64,000 bases of DNA from Spirochaetia bacterium (GTDB lineage Bacteria > Spirochaetota > Spirochaetia > SZUA-6 > Bin103), in assembly GCA_965203515.1 (NCBI GenBank), contig OZ241907.1:800001-864000 (forward strand). Direction: 5' to 3'. Under the pieces are notes generated by a model, which saw only the letters and a list, made by a program, of their open reading frames with translations, had not been told where the DNA came from and searched no databases. How positions within the stretch are numbered: the stretch's first letter is position 1; every line of letters begins with the position of its first letter. The position numbers and the translations under genes are program-made. Shown here in pieces: positions 29,385 to 42,958 of the stretch.

Positions 29385-30066
29385 CTTCGGGGCTCCGGTC
29401 GAGGTCCGCGGCGGGTCCCTGCCAGCGTACCCGGCCCTTGCCGAGCACGTAGACGCGGTCCGCCAGGCCGACGGCGAACGGGTAGCGCTGCTCCACCAGC
29501 AGCATCGTCATGCCGGCCGCCCGCAGGGCGTGGAGGATCGCGGCGATGCGCTCCACCACGATCGGCGCCAGCCCTTCGGTCGGTTCGTCCAGGATCAGCA
29601 GACGCGGCGCAAAGGAGAGGGCGCGCGCGATGGCCAGCATCTGCTGCTCGCCGCCGCTCAGCTCGTCGCCGCGGTTGCGGCGCCGCTCCGCCAGCAGGGG
29701 AAACCGCTCGTACAGCGCCTCGACCGGTACGGGATGGCCGGCGCCCCGTCTGCGGTTGAGACGCAGATGCTCGTCGACCGTGAGCGAGGCGAAGATGCCG
29801 CGGTCTTCCGGGACGTAGGCGATGCCGCGCCGCGCGATCCGGTGCGTCGGAAGGCGCTCGATGGCCGCTCCGTCGAAACGGATGCGTCCGCGCGCGGCGG
29901 CGACGATCCCCATGATCGCCTTCAGCGTCGTGGACTTGCCGGCGCCGTTGCGTCCGAGCAGCGCGATCACCGTACCGTCACCCACCTCCAGCGACACGCC
30001 CTGCAGGACGCGGCTGCGGCCGTAACAGGCGTCGACCGCCTCCACCTGCAGCAGAGCGCCCGGCAT
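29359..30066 (-). CDS. livF: branched-chain amino acid-type ABC transporter ATPase
   Basis: GRNGAGKST, YVPEDRGIF, LSGGEQQMLAIARAL, LDEPTEGLAP. Confidence 0.92.
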   Translation of the reverse strand: MPGALLQVEAVDACYGRSRVLQGVSLEVGDGTVIALLGRNGAGKSTTLKAIMGIVAAARGRIRFDGAAIERLPTHRIARRGIAYVPEDRGIFASLTVDEHLRLNRRRGAGHPVPVEALYERFPLLAERRRNRGDELSGGEQQMLAIARALSFAPRLLILDEPTEGLAPIVVERIAAILHALRAAGMTMLLVEQRYPFAVGLADRVYVLGKGRVRWQGPAADLDRSPEVRSTWLGV

Positions 30067-30073
30067 CAGTCGG

Positions 30074-30826
<753 letters not shown>

Positions 30827-30879
30827 GTCCTGCTCCTCCCATCGCCGGCGCCGCGGTCGGGGTGGCCGGCGCGCGCCCG

Positions 30880-31890
30880 TCACCTCCGGCTCCTCCGGCC
30901 CGCCAGCTTCGCGGCCGCCCGCTCGATCACCCAGGTCAGGCGTCCGTACAGGCCGTCCCGCGTCGCCAGCACCACGGCCACGAAGAACAGTCCCATGACG
31001 AGCTGCCAGTGATCGGCCATCGCCGCCGGCAGCGACAGGCCCGTCCAGAACGATCCGTCGGTCAGCCGGTTGCGGAGGATCACGAACAGCGCGGCGCCGC
31101 CGGCGGCGCCGATCAGACTGCCGCTGCCGCCGAGGATGACGATGATCAGCGCCTCGCCCGACAGCGTCCAGAAGGCGAGATCGGGCGACACGAAACCGGT
31201 GTGTTGCGCGGTCAGAGCGCCGGCCAGACCGGCCACCGCGCCCGCCGCGGCAAACGCGGCCAGCTTGTAGCGCCGTACCGGACATCCCAGCGAGGCGAGG
31301 CGGCCGGCGTTCCGGTGGATGGCGGCGAGCATCATTCCGAACGGTGAGCGGCGGAGGAGCAGCAGCCCCAGATAGACCAGCGCCGCCGCCGCCAGGGCGA
31401 CGGCGGCGAACACGCCCGGATCGCCGCTGTCGAGGCCCAACGGGGTCAGATCGAAGCGCGGGGTGCCGGCCATGCCATTGTCGCCGCCGAACGCCCGCGC
31501 CTTGAAGAACCAGGCATGGAGCATCTGCCCGATCGCCAAGGTGATCATGATGAAGAACACGCCGGTGAGCCGCACCGCGAAGATACCGGCGACGGTGGCG
31601 ACCGCCGCCGCCGTCGCCACCGACAAGGCGATCCCGGAGGCCGGCGGCCAGCCCCAGAGCACCGTGGCGGCGGCGGTGGCGTAGGCGCCGATCGCCAGGA
31701 AGCCGGCGTGCCCCAGCGAGACCATGCCGGCCACTCCGACCAGGAGATCGAGGCTCATGGCGAAGATCGCCAGGATCGCGATCTCGGCCAGCAGCTCCAT
31801 GCCGAAGTGGTCGGCGCCGAACCAGGCGGCGGCGGCGGCGGCGGCGAGCAGCGCCGCCGCCGGCAGCTGCAGGGGATCGCGGGAGCGCAT
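30880..31890 (-). CDS. livM: branched-chain amino acid-type ABC transporter permease
   Basis: SLDLLVGVAGMVSLGHAGF, FFIMITLAIGQM, GGDNG, VILGGSGSLIG. Confidence 0.9.
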   Translation of the reverse strand: MRSRDPLQLPAAALLAAAAAAAWFGADHFGMELLAEIAILAIFAMSLDLLVGVAGMVSLGHAGFLAIGAYATAAATVLWGWPPASGIALSVATAAAVATVAGIFAVRLTGVFFIMITLAIGQMLHAWFFKARAFGGDNGMAGTPRFDLTPLGLDSGDPGVFAAVALAAAALVYLGLLLLRRSPFGMMLAAIHRNAGRLASLGCPVRRYKLAAFAAAGAVAGLAGALTAQHTGFVSPDLAFWTLSGEALIIVILGGSGSLIGAAGGAALFVILRNRLTDGSFWTGLSLPAAMADHWQLVMGLFFVAVVLATRDGLYGRLTWVIERAAAKLAGRRSRR

Positions 31891-32768
31891 CACCGGCCGC
31901 CGCGAAGCGGCAGCAGGCCGGCCGGCTTGATGAGCAGGATGGCCGCCATCAGCGCGTAGATCGTCACCCGCGCCAGCTCCGGCACCACCACCTGACCGTA
32001 GGTATCGGCGATGCCGACGATCAGGGAGCCGAGCGCGGCGCCCCGGAGGCTGCCGGGACCGCCCAGCACCACCACGATGAGGGCCAGGATCAGCACCGAC
32101 ATGTCCATTCCCGGAACGATGGAGAAGACCGGAGCCGCCACCACGCCGGCGAGCCCGGCCAGCAGGCAGCCCAGGCAGAAGACCAGGAAGAAGACGCGGC
32201 CCACGTCGATGCCGAGGGCCGCCACCATGGTGCGGTCGTCCACGCCCGCCCGCACCACTGCGCCGGCGCGCGTGCGCTCCAGCCCCAGGTGCAGCGCCAG
32301 GAAGACCGCCGCGCCGAGGGCGATGATGAACAGGCGGTAGGTAGGGTAGACCTGCCCCAGCACGGCGCTGCGGCCGGCCAGCAGCGCCGGCACCTCGATG
32401 ACGTGCGGCAGCGAGCCCCACACCATGTCGACCGTCTCGAAGCCGATGAAGATCAGGCCGAAGGTGACCAGCACCTGCCGCATCGGGTCGGCGCGCTGCA
32501 GGTGGCGCAACAGGGCCAGGTAGAGCAGGCCGCCGATCACGGCGACGCCGGCGGGGGCGACCAGCAGCGCCAGCCAGAACGAGTCGAAGGCGCGGACCGC
32601 GCTCAGGGCGAGGTAGGCGCCCACCATGAACAGCGTGCCGTGCGCCAGATTGATGAAGTTCATCAATCCGAACACCACCGACAGGCCGATCGACAGCAGG
32701 AACAGCAGCGCCGCTAGCTGCAGGCCGTTGAGGGTCTGAACCACCAGGAATCCGGGATCGAGGAGCAC
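31890..32768 (-). CDS. livH: branched-chain amino acid-type ABC transporter permease
   Basis: NGL...GLSVVFGLMNFINLAHG, VVVLGGPGS..GA, KPAGLL. Confidence 0.92.
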   Translation of the reverse strand: MLLDPGFLVVQTLNGLQLAALLFLLSIGLSVVFGLMNFINLAHGTLFMVGAYLALSAVRAFDSFWLALLVAPAGVAVIGGLLYLALLRHLQRADPMRQVLVTFGLIFIGFETVDMVWGSLPHVIEVPALLAGRSAVLGQVYPTYRLFIIALGAAVFLALHLGLERTRAGAVVRAGVDDRTMVAALGIDVGRVFFLVFCLGCLLAGLAGVVAAPVFSIVPGMDMSVLILALIVVVLGGPGSLRGAALGSLIVGIADTYGQVVVPELARVTIYALMAAILLIKPAGLLPLRGGR

Positions 32769-32882
32769 GGTTATGCCTGCTGCGCTTTGCTCGGGGCGCC
32801 GTCGTGCCGATGGAAAGTGTAGGGCTCGCGTTGCGCCAGGCCGGGAACGGCTGCGCGACCGCCTGCCGGGAGGAGTTGCATC

Positions 32883-34634
32883 TTGCTACGTTGTCTCATT
32901 ACCCGATTCGCGTCCGCCGGTCACGCGCCGCGCGCGGCGGCCGTGCTGCTGGTCGTGGCGGTGACGCTGAGCTGCGCGACGCCGCCTCCCGAAACTCCCG
33001 GTATGGACATGCGGCCGACTGCGCCCGGCGAGCTGGAAGCCCCGCGGAGCGCCGCCCGCTCGGCGCCGGAAATGACGGCCGAGTCGCCTGCTCCGCAGCC
33101 GGAGATCGCCGCGCCGGCGCTGCCCGCGTCCGAATCCGCAGACTCGACCGAAGCGAGCATGGCCCGACCGGCTTCCGAGCCGACGCCGTCGCCCGAGGAC
33201 GTGATGGCGGCGCGGATCGATGCGCGTATCGACGATCTGTTGCAGCGCATGACGATCGAACAGAAGGTCGGCCAGCGCTTCATGACCTGGATTCCCGGTA
33301 CCGCCGGCTCGGAACGGGCGGCCGCCCTCATCGAGCAGGCGCACGTCGGCGGCGTGATCCTCATCGAGCGCAACGTCGAGAGCTACGGGCAGATGCTGGA
33401 ACTGATAAGCGACCTGCAGCGCATGGCGCAGGCTTCGAGCCCGTCGGTGCCGCTGTTCATCGCCACCGACCAGGAAGGGGGGCGGGTGAGCCGCGTGCTG
33501 TTGCCGGAGATGACGCACTTTCCGGCCGCCTTCCACCAGGGCGTGCACGCCGACCCCGACTACGTCGAAGCTGCCGCCTACGTGACCGGCGTCGAGCTGC
33601 GGCGGCTCGGCGTGAACATGAACCTGGGGCCGGTTATCGACCTGTATGGCCAGCTCGACGAGACCGTGATCGGCGACCGTTCCTTCGGCGCCGACGCCGG
33701 ATTGGTCGCCGACCTTGCGCGCGCCTACGTCCACGGCGCCGATCGAGCCGGGATCATCCCGGTGGCCAAGCACTTTCCGGGCCACGGCGTGACCGCGATC
33801 AACTCGCACGAACGCCTGCCGGTGGTGCGGCTCACGCGTTCCGAACGCTCGTCGATCCTGGCGCCGTTCAGCGCCGCGATCGACGCCGGCGTCGACGTCA
33901 TCATGACCGCGCACATCCTGTACGAAGACCTCGACCCGGATCGGCCGGCCAGCGTCTCGCCGGCGATCACTACCGGCCTGTTGCGCGATCAGCTCGACTT
34001 CGACGGCGTGGTGATCACCGACGCGATCGAAATCGGGGAACCGGCGCCGCCGCTGCAGGAGCCGGACGTCGTTCGGAACAGCTTCGCGGCCGGAGCCGAC
34101 ATCATCCTGGCGGGCCGGGCGAGCGACGTACTGCCGCTGGTGCAGGAAGCGATCCGTCTGGTCCGTTCCGGATTGGAGAGCGAGGAGCGCCTGAACGAAT
34201 CGGTACGCCGCATTCTGCGGGTCAAGTTCGCCGCGGCTATCGACGTGCCGGGCCGGACCGCTGCCGCGTCCGTCCCGGCGCCGGCGCGCGAGGCCGCCGA
34301 GACGAGCGCCGGCGCTGCGGCGGTGCCGGGTGCGCCCGCTGCTCCGGCCGATCTGACCGCTACGGGGGGTAATCGCACCATCAGGCTTGCCTGGGCCGAT
34401 CCCGGCGACTCCGGCATCATCGGCTACGAGTTCCGGGTTCGCACCGACCGCGAGCGCGACTGGCGAAGGTGGAGACCGATCGCCCGCAGCACCTTCGAGA
34501 CGACCAGCCACGCGCTGGCCGGCCTGACCAACGGCGCCGTCTATCAGGTGCAGGTACGCGCCCGCAACGCCGTCGGCGCGGGTACCCCGAGCGAAGCCTC
34601 GGCGACGCCGCAGTCGGCGGCGTCGGGCTCCTGA
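32883..34634 (+). CDS. GH3 beta-N-acetylhexosaminidase-like lipoprotein with a C-terminal fibronectin type III domain
   Basis: Lipobox TLSC; Pro/Glu linker; DQEGGRVSR, KHFPGHG, MTAH, ITDA; FN3 pattern L.W..P...GL.NG..Y..QVRA.N..G.G. Confidence 0.88.
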   Translation: MLRCLITRFASAGHAPRAAAVLLVVAVTLSCATPPPETPGMDMRPTAPGELEAPRSAARSAPEMTAESPAPQPEIAAPALPASESADSTEASMARPASEPTPSPEDVMAARIDARIDDLLQRMTIEQKVGQRFMTWIPGTAGSERAAALIEQAHVGGVILIERNVESYGQMLELISDLQRMAQASSPSVPLFIATDQEGGRVSRVLLPEMTHFPAAFHQGVHADPDYVEAAAYVTGVELRRLGVNMNLGPVIDLYGQLDETVIGDRSFGADAGLVADLARAYVHGADRAGIIPVAKHFPGHGVTAINSHERLPVVRLTRSERSSILAPFSAAIDAGVDVIMTAHILYEDLDPDRPASVSPAITTGLLRDQLDFDGVVITDAIEIGEPAPPLQEPDVVRNSFAAGADIILAGRASDVLPLVQEAIRLVRSGLESEERLNESVRRILRVKFAAAIDVPGRTAAASVPAPAREAAETSAGAAAVPGAPAAPADLTATGGNRTIRLAWADPGDSGIIGYEFRVRTDRERDWRRWRPIARSTFETTSHALAGLTNGAVYQVQVRARNAVGAGTPSEASATPQSAASGS

Positions 34635-34650
34635 CGGTCGCTGCGTCGGA

Positions 34651-35820
34651 TCAGAACGCGCAGCCGTTGGGCGGATCCTGCACGTCGGGGATCACGTCCC
34701 GGACCACCGCCGCCACGCTGTCTCCCTGCGCCCGCACCTCGAAGACGTAGACGTTCTGGATCACGTTGTTGGTCGACGGGTCGATACGGAACGGACCGCG
34801 CGGGCCGTCGAAGCGGGTCGCCCGCATCGCGGCGGCCAGGGATGCCTTGTCGCCGGTGTCGCCGCCGGTCGTCCTGAGCGCCTGGACGATGAGGCGGGCG
34901 CTGTCGTAGGCGGCGACCCCGAACTCGGAGGCGGCGCGGTCGTGCCGCTCCCGGAACCGCTCCTGAAAGGCGCGGTTCTCCGGCGTATCGATCGACGGCA
35001 GGTAGTTGAGGATGCCCAGAGCGCCCTCCGCGTCCCGGCCCTGCGCGTCGACGTAGAGCGCGGAGGTGAGCCAGCCGGCGCCGGCAAGCTGGATCGTACC
35101 CTTCAGCCCGAACGCGGCCCATTCCTTGACGAACTTGATCGCCGGTCCGCCGGCGAAGAAGACGTAGACCGCGTCGGGGTCGGCCGCCCTCACCTTGGCA
35201 AGGTAGGGGCCGAAGTCCTCGGTCTCTCCCAGCGGCGGGTATTCCTCGCCGACGATCGTGCCGCCGGCGGCGACGAAACCGCCCCGAAACGCCTCCATCG
35301 CCTGGTGTCCGGCCGCATAGTCGAACGCCATCAGAAACACCTTCCGGTAGCCCCGGGCCGCCATCCACGGCCCCATCTCGCGGCTGATCTGTGAGTTGGA
35401 GAAGGAGGTGCGCAGCACCCACGGGCTGCACCGCGCTCCGGTGAGATCGTCGTTGCCGGCGTTGGACACGATCAGCGGCACCTCCGCGTCGTGCACGAAG
35501 TCGCGCACGGCGGCGGCGACCGCGGAAGAGATGATGCCGACCAGGACGTCCACCCGGTCTCTCAGGACCAGCCGTTTGGTCTGCCCCAAGCCGATACCGG
35601 GCTTCGATTCCGTGTCGGCGTAGATCAGCTCGATGGGGCGTCCGGCCACCTCGCGGCCGAAATCGTCGAAGCCGAGCTCCAGGCCGAGCGCCTGGTCGTT
35701 GCCGAGTCCGGCGTAGACGCCCGACGAGGGCAACAACACGCCGACCTTGATCGGCTCGGCGGCAGCGGCGGCGCACAGCAGGAGGGACGCCGCGGCGAGA
35801 GTTCCGGTCGCGCTCTGCAT
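34651..35820 (-). CDS. ABC transporter substrate-binding protein (Liv/PBP type 1 family)
   Basis: Signal peptide; IKVGVLLP.SG.YA..G, DTESKP, DYAAG, FDGPRG. Confidence 0.9.
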   Translation of the reverse strand: MQSATGTLAAASLLLCAAAAAEPIKVGVLLPSSGVYAGLGNDQALGLELGFDDFGREVAGRPIELIYADTESKPGIGLGQTKRLVLRDRVDVLVGIISSAVAAAVRDFVHDAEVPLIVSNAGNDDLTGARCSPWVLRTSFSNSQISREMGPWMAARGYRKVFLMAFDYAAGHQAMEAFRGGFVAAGGTIVGEEYPPLGETEDFGPYLAKVRAADPDAVYVFFAGGPAIKFVKEWAAFGLKGTIQLAGAGWLTSALYVDAQGRDAEGALGILNYLPSIDTPENRAFQERFRERHDRAASEFGVAAYDSARLIVQALRTTGGDTGDKASLAAAMRATRFDGPRGPFRIDPSTNNVIQNVYVFEVRAQGDSVAAVVRDVIPDVQDPPNGCAF

Positions 35821-35912
35821 GGACGCATCCTACCCGAGTTGGCCGGCGGTTCGGGGGCAGGCTATCCTGCGGGGGCCGTGCGCGTCCGGGAATCTCACCC
35901 CGCGGGAGCCGC

Positions 35913-38900
35913 GTGATGCCGGAAGAACCGGTAGTCGCCGGCATCGGCGGGTGTCTGACGGCGCCGCTGACCGCGGCCGGCATCGACCAGACGGCGGCGC
36001 GGCAGGCGGTGGGCCGCGCGTTCGCCGAGCAGCGCGCGTTTCCCTTCCTGCCGCGTCCTGACTGGAGCGCTGCGGGCCGGGAGCGGCGCGCCGAGATGAC
36101 CGCCGCGGTCCGTGCCGACGCGGTGGCGGCCGCGACCCGGAGCCCGACCACGGCCGATCGCCTGCACCGCGATGCGCGGCTGATGGAGCGCCTGGACGCC
36201 GCCGTCCGCCTCACGCACGAAGCGATCGCGGCGACCGGCGGCGATGCCGGTCGATCCCTGCAACGGCGTCGGTTCGTGTTGATTCGCGAAGCGCCGGGGG
36301 CGACCTGCCTCTACGAAGAGGAGGAACGGGGCGTCGTCGCGCGTGTGGGGCAGGGACCGCTCGAGCTCCGCCAGCCGACGATCTACCTCGGGCTCCGCCT
36401 GTTCGACCTGCTCGCCGCCGAGCAGATCGATCGCGGCGGCGCGCTGCCGCCGGAGCTGGTGCTCATCCTGTTCCTGGAGGAGCGGGCGATCGAGACCGGC
36501 TACTCCCACGTGGTATCGCTGGACGCGTCGAGCCGCGAGCGGCTGGAGCGCCTGTTCGGCGTTCTGCGCCGTCCGGCCGCCGGCCTGATCCCGGCCGGTT
36601 CCGATCCGGGACCGCAGCGGCGCCCGATGCGCTTTGGGCGGGCGCAGCGGCAGGCGGCCTTGCGCCGGTTGAACGCGCGGCGCGCCGATTCCCCGCTCGA
36701 TTTCGACGTCGCGGTCTGCGTGTCGGCCATGCGCAGTCTGGAGCGCGTCGCCCGGCGCGCGAAGGCGCACGGCAGCGAAGCGGTCCGCCGTGAGGTGATG
36801 CGGGTGCTGGTGGCCGCCTCCGGCCACGACCTGGACGAAGTACGCAGCCACGCCAACCTGCTGCTGGAGCGGATGCTCGCTCCCAAGGAGTTCGCCGCGC
36901 CGTTGGCGCGCACGTTCGTGAACGTGCCGCGCGGCGCGACGCATCGCTTCAGCTTCGACCTTCCGCGCGGCCGCAGCCGGCACCGGTTGCGCATCTACCG
37001 CAGCCGCGGCCACCACCGGTTTCCGAGCGAAGCGGACCTGGACTACGTCGATATCGAGCTGGCCCGCACGGCGCCCGGCGCGGCCCTGACCGCCGCCTAC
37101 CGGTTCGACGATCTGGGCCACTACGACTACTGCGTAGCGCGGGAGTACCGCAACGGCCGCCGCGAATGGGTGCCGGATGCCGACTGCAGCGGACGCATCA
37201 ACGTGATCCCCGACCTGCGCGGCGAGCTGGTGCTGCAGATATTTCCCGACATTCACGGACATACCCGCGCCTACTGGACCGACGGCGAGCACCCCGGCCT
37301 GGTCTACAACGAGCATGGTCAGGTCATCCGGCTGGGCACGTTCGCGGATATCGCCGCCCATCTGCCGCAGATCAAGCGGAGCTATGGATTCACCGCCATC
37401 TACGTCCTGGGAGCGCAGAAGCGCGGCGGCAACCGGGAGGACTGGACGCGCCACGCCACCTCACCTTCGCCGTTCGCGCCGGAGAGCCTGGTCGAGATGG
37501 AACCGTCGCTCGGCGGCAACGACGGCCTGCGCGCCCTGGTCGCCGCCGCTCACGATCTGGAGATGAAGGTCCTGGTCGACGTGATCCCGCATCTCAATCG
37601 GCGGGTGCATGACCTGGCGGAAACGGAGCTCGTGCGCTGCTTCGACGAAGCGGGCGTCCTGGTCCCGCGCGCCAGCACCGACGGCCGCTACGGGAGCTGG
37701 AACGACGGCGTGCTGCTCAACTACCGGCGGCTGTCGGTCTGGGAGTGGCTGGCCGATTCGGTGCGGAGCCTGATCGAGCGCTTCGACGTGGACGGCGTGC
37801 GCTGCGACATCGCGCACGCGCTGCCGATCATGATGAAGCGCGACAACACCCCGGTGCTGCCTTCCGGCCCCCGTTCGGACGAAGAGCAGGTCGAGGGCAC
37901 CATCGTGGTCAACGACCGGGTCGACGACCACTACGTGACCACCGGGTTCTTCGATTCGGCATGCCGCGACCTGATCTGCAGTCCGATGCACTACCTGCTG
38001 ATGCGTGAGATGGAGCGGGCCGCGCATGCCGTTGGCAAGGAATTCTACCTCCACCTCGCAGAAGCCTACTGGGGCCGCGAGCAGTATCTCAGCCGGCTCG
38101 GCATAGTCCCGTACAACTCGTCGTTGTTCAAGATCTTCGAGCGGGTGGCGCAGGGCGCCTCCACGGTCGGCGAGATATACCATCTGTACGAGCGGCACTA
38201 CCGGGGCGCGCTGCCGCCCGGCACGGAGCTGATCGGGATGTTCGGCAATCACGACGAACGCCGGCCGGTCGATACCTTCGGACGCGCCAATCTGCGCCCC
38301 GTGCTCACGTTGACCTCGTTCCTGGGCAACGTGGTGATGGATTTCGAGGGGAACGCCGAGGGCGAGGCGTGGAAGATCTTTCCGGACAACATCTACGTCG
38401 ATTGGAACCGGTTCGACAGCGCCGCGGACCGGAGCGTGGAGCGCATCTTCCGCGACGTGTACGACTTTCACCGCCGCAATCCCGGCCGCGGCACGCTGGT
38501 GCCCACCGACCACCGGCAGGTGGCGGCGGCGATCAAGCCGGCGCCGCAGGGCTTCTGGCTGGCGGTCTGCAGCTTCGCCGCCGACAGCGCCACGGTGAGC
38601 GTCGACATGCGCTCGGCCGCCGGCTCGATCGATCCGGCGGCCCGCTACGTGGTAGTCGATCCCACCTATTCGCCGGTCACCGATCGCTACGCCCATTACA
38701 CCGGCGAGGAGCTGGCCGCCTCGATGCTCACCACGTCGGTGAGCTACACACAGCGGGTGAAGCTGCTGCGCATCGACCGCATCGCCGACGAAGGAGCCGG
38801 CGCGGAAGGTCCCGATTATGCGCGGTTCCTGCGCGATTCTTTCGACCGCCTGGGGGCGTCTTCACGCGAGCGGCTGGCCGCCTCGTTCGCGTATCGGGAG

Positions 38901-40790
38901 GTGGTCGGCGCCGCGGCCGGCCCCGGCGGGCTGGCCCGTTTCCTGGACGAGCAGCTGCTGCCGCTCTACGAAGCCGCCGAGCACGACGCGGTCGCCGCCG
39001 GACTGAAGCGGGTTCTGTATCACGCGCACCGGGAAGGCAGAACAGGGCGCGACGCCGGCATCGGCCGGCTGCGCGCGGCCGCGCTCGACGCCCCGCGGAG
39101 CGACCGTTCGCCGGGCGATCGACTGCTGGCCCAGGTGCTGGAGCGGATGCGCGGCCGCGCGGTGGTGTTCGTGTCCGCGGAGGCGGAGCCGTTCTCCAAG
39201 AGCGGCGGCCTTGCCAACGTCACCTGCGAGCTGCCGCGCGAGCTGGCCCGGTTGGGGGAACGCCTGTACGTCATCACGCCGCTGTACCGCGCCGGCGACC
39301 CGCGCTCGGTCGCCAAGATGCGGGACGCGATCGAGCGCTACGGCATCACCTACACCGGCGTCAACGTCCAGTTCCAGATCGGCGGCGCGCAGTACGAGGC
39401 CGGCGTGCACGGCGGCGTGGTCGACGGCGTGACCTACTACCTGCTCGACCATCACGAGCTGTTCGACGGGCTGTACTGGGGCTATCGCTCCAACGAGCGG
39501 ATCCGCCGACGCCTGGGCTTGGCGCGCGCTGCCGCGGAGGTGATCGCCCGCTTCCGCCTGGAGCCGCTGGCGGTCGCGACCAACGACGCCGCAGCCGGAC
39601 TGCTCAGCGGCGTCGTGCGCGCCGACCCGCACTACGCCGGCGTCTTTGCGCGGACCAGCTTCGTGCACGTCATCCACAACGGCGGCTGGCAGTACTTCGA
39701 CTGCTACGGCCGCTACGAGGGCGGCGCCGATCTGTTCGGCCTCTTCAACCTGCCCGGCCACCACGCCGCGCAGTTCACCGACCCGCACGACGAGCGCCTG
39801 TTCAACCTGATGGCGGCCGGCATCCGCTTCGCGGATCGAGTCTTTACCGTGAGCCCCACCTACGCGCACCAGATCGAGCAGAACTGCGACGGTCTGGAGC
39901 CGCTGCTGCACGACGTGGTCGGGATCAACAACGGCATCGCGCGCGGATTCAGACGCGGCGTCCTGCAGCGGCTGCGCCGTTCCGGGTTGGTCGAGCAGCG
40001 GTCCCCGCGGCTGCGCGCGCGCATCGCGGAGGACCCGCTGCTGCGCGCCAAGCTCGAACGGCGCTTCCCGGAGCTGCTCGCGGCGGATACGCAGGCGGTC
40101 CGGTTTGCCAGCCAGGGCCGCCGTGACGAGGTCACCCGCATGCGCACCAAGCTGTTGGCGCAGATCGAATACGGCCTGACCGTGGACCCGGATCAGGTGC
40201 TCTACGTGATGATCCATCGGATCAGCGACCAGAAGGGGTTTCAGATCGTGTTGGAGGCTTCCGAGGGCATCTTTCGCACCCTCGGAGTCCAGGCGATCCT
40301 GGGCGGGCCGATTGCGCCCAACGACCACCGCGCCGAGGAGCTCGCGGCCGGGATGCACGCCCTGATGGAGTACTACCCGGGGGCGGTCGCCGCCCGCATC
40401 GGCTATCAGGAGATCAGCCTGCCGCTGCTGGCTGCCGACGCCTTTCTGATGCCTTCGCAGTTCGAGCCGGGCGGCATTTCGCAGTTGGAGGCGATGAGCT
40501 GCGGCTGCCTGGTGGTCGCGCACGCCACGGGCGGCCTGCGCGACACGGTGCCGCCGCTCCAGCTCCGCGGCTCGTCCGTGAGCGGCTGCGGCGTGCTGTT
40601 CGGCGACTACCGGCCGGACGCATTCCTGGACGCCATGGCGCGCTGCACCTGGTTCCTGCGCCACGCCACGGCCGACCAGATCCGGCGCGCGCGCGGTAAC
40701 GCACGGCGCAGCATCGTGTACTGGGACAGCGCCGCGCGGCGCTACCAGGAGGAGCTGCACGCGCTGCAGGAGACGATTCCGGCGGCCGAC

Positions 40791-40799
<9 letters not shown>
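35913..40799 (+). CDS. fused GH13 alpha-amylase-family domain + GT5 glycogen synthase
   Basis: GH13 regions DVIPH, DGVRCDIAH, LAEAYW, GNHDE; GT5 motifs EAEPFSKSGGLANV, RISDQKG, MPSQFEPGGISQLEAM, TGGLRDTV; one uninterrupted 1628-aa ORF. Confidence 0.9.
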
Positions 40800-42842
<2,043 letters not shown>

Positions 42843-42958
42843 CGTAGCCCAATGGGTAGCACCAGCCGGGGCAGGGACGCCAGACCGGTTGACGGCGCGC
42901 CGGATTCCAGGCTCTACTGCGGGTGGGCGCCGGCAACGGCGCGCCGCAGGTCACCAGG

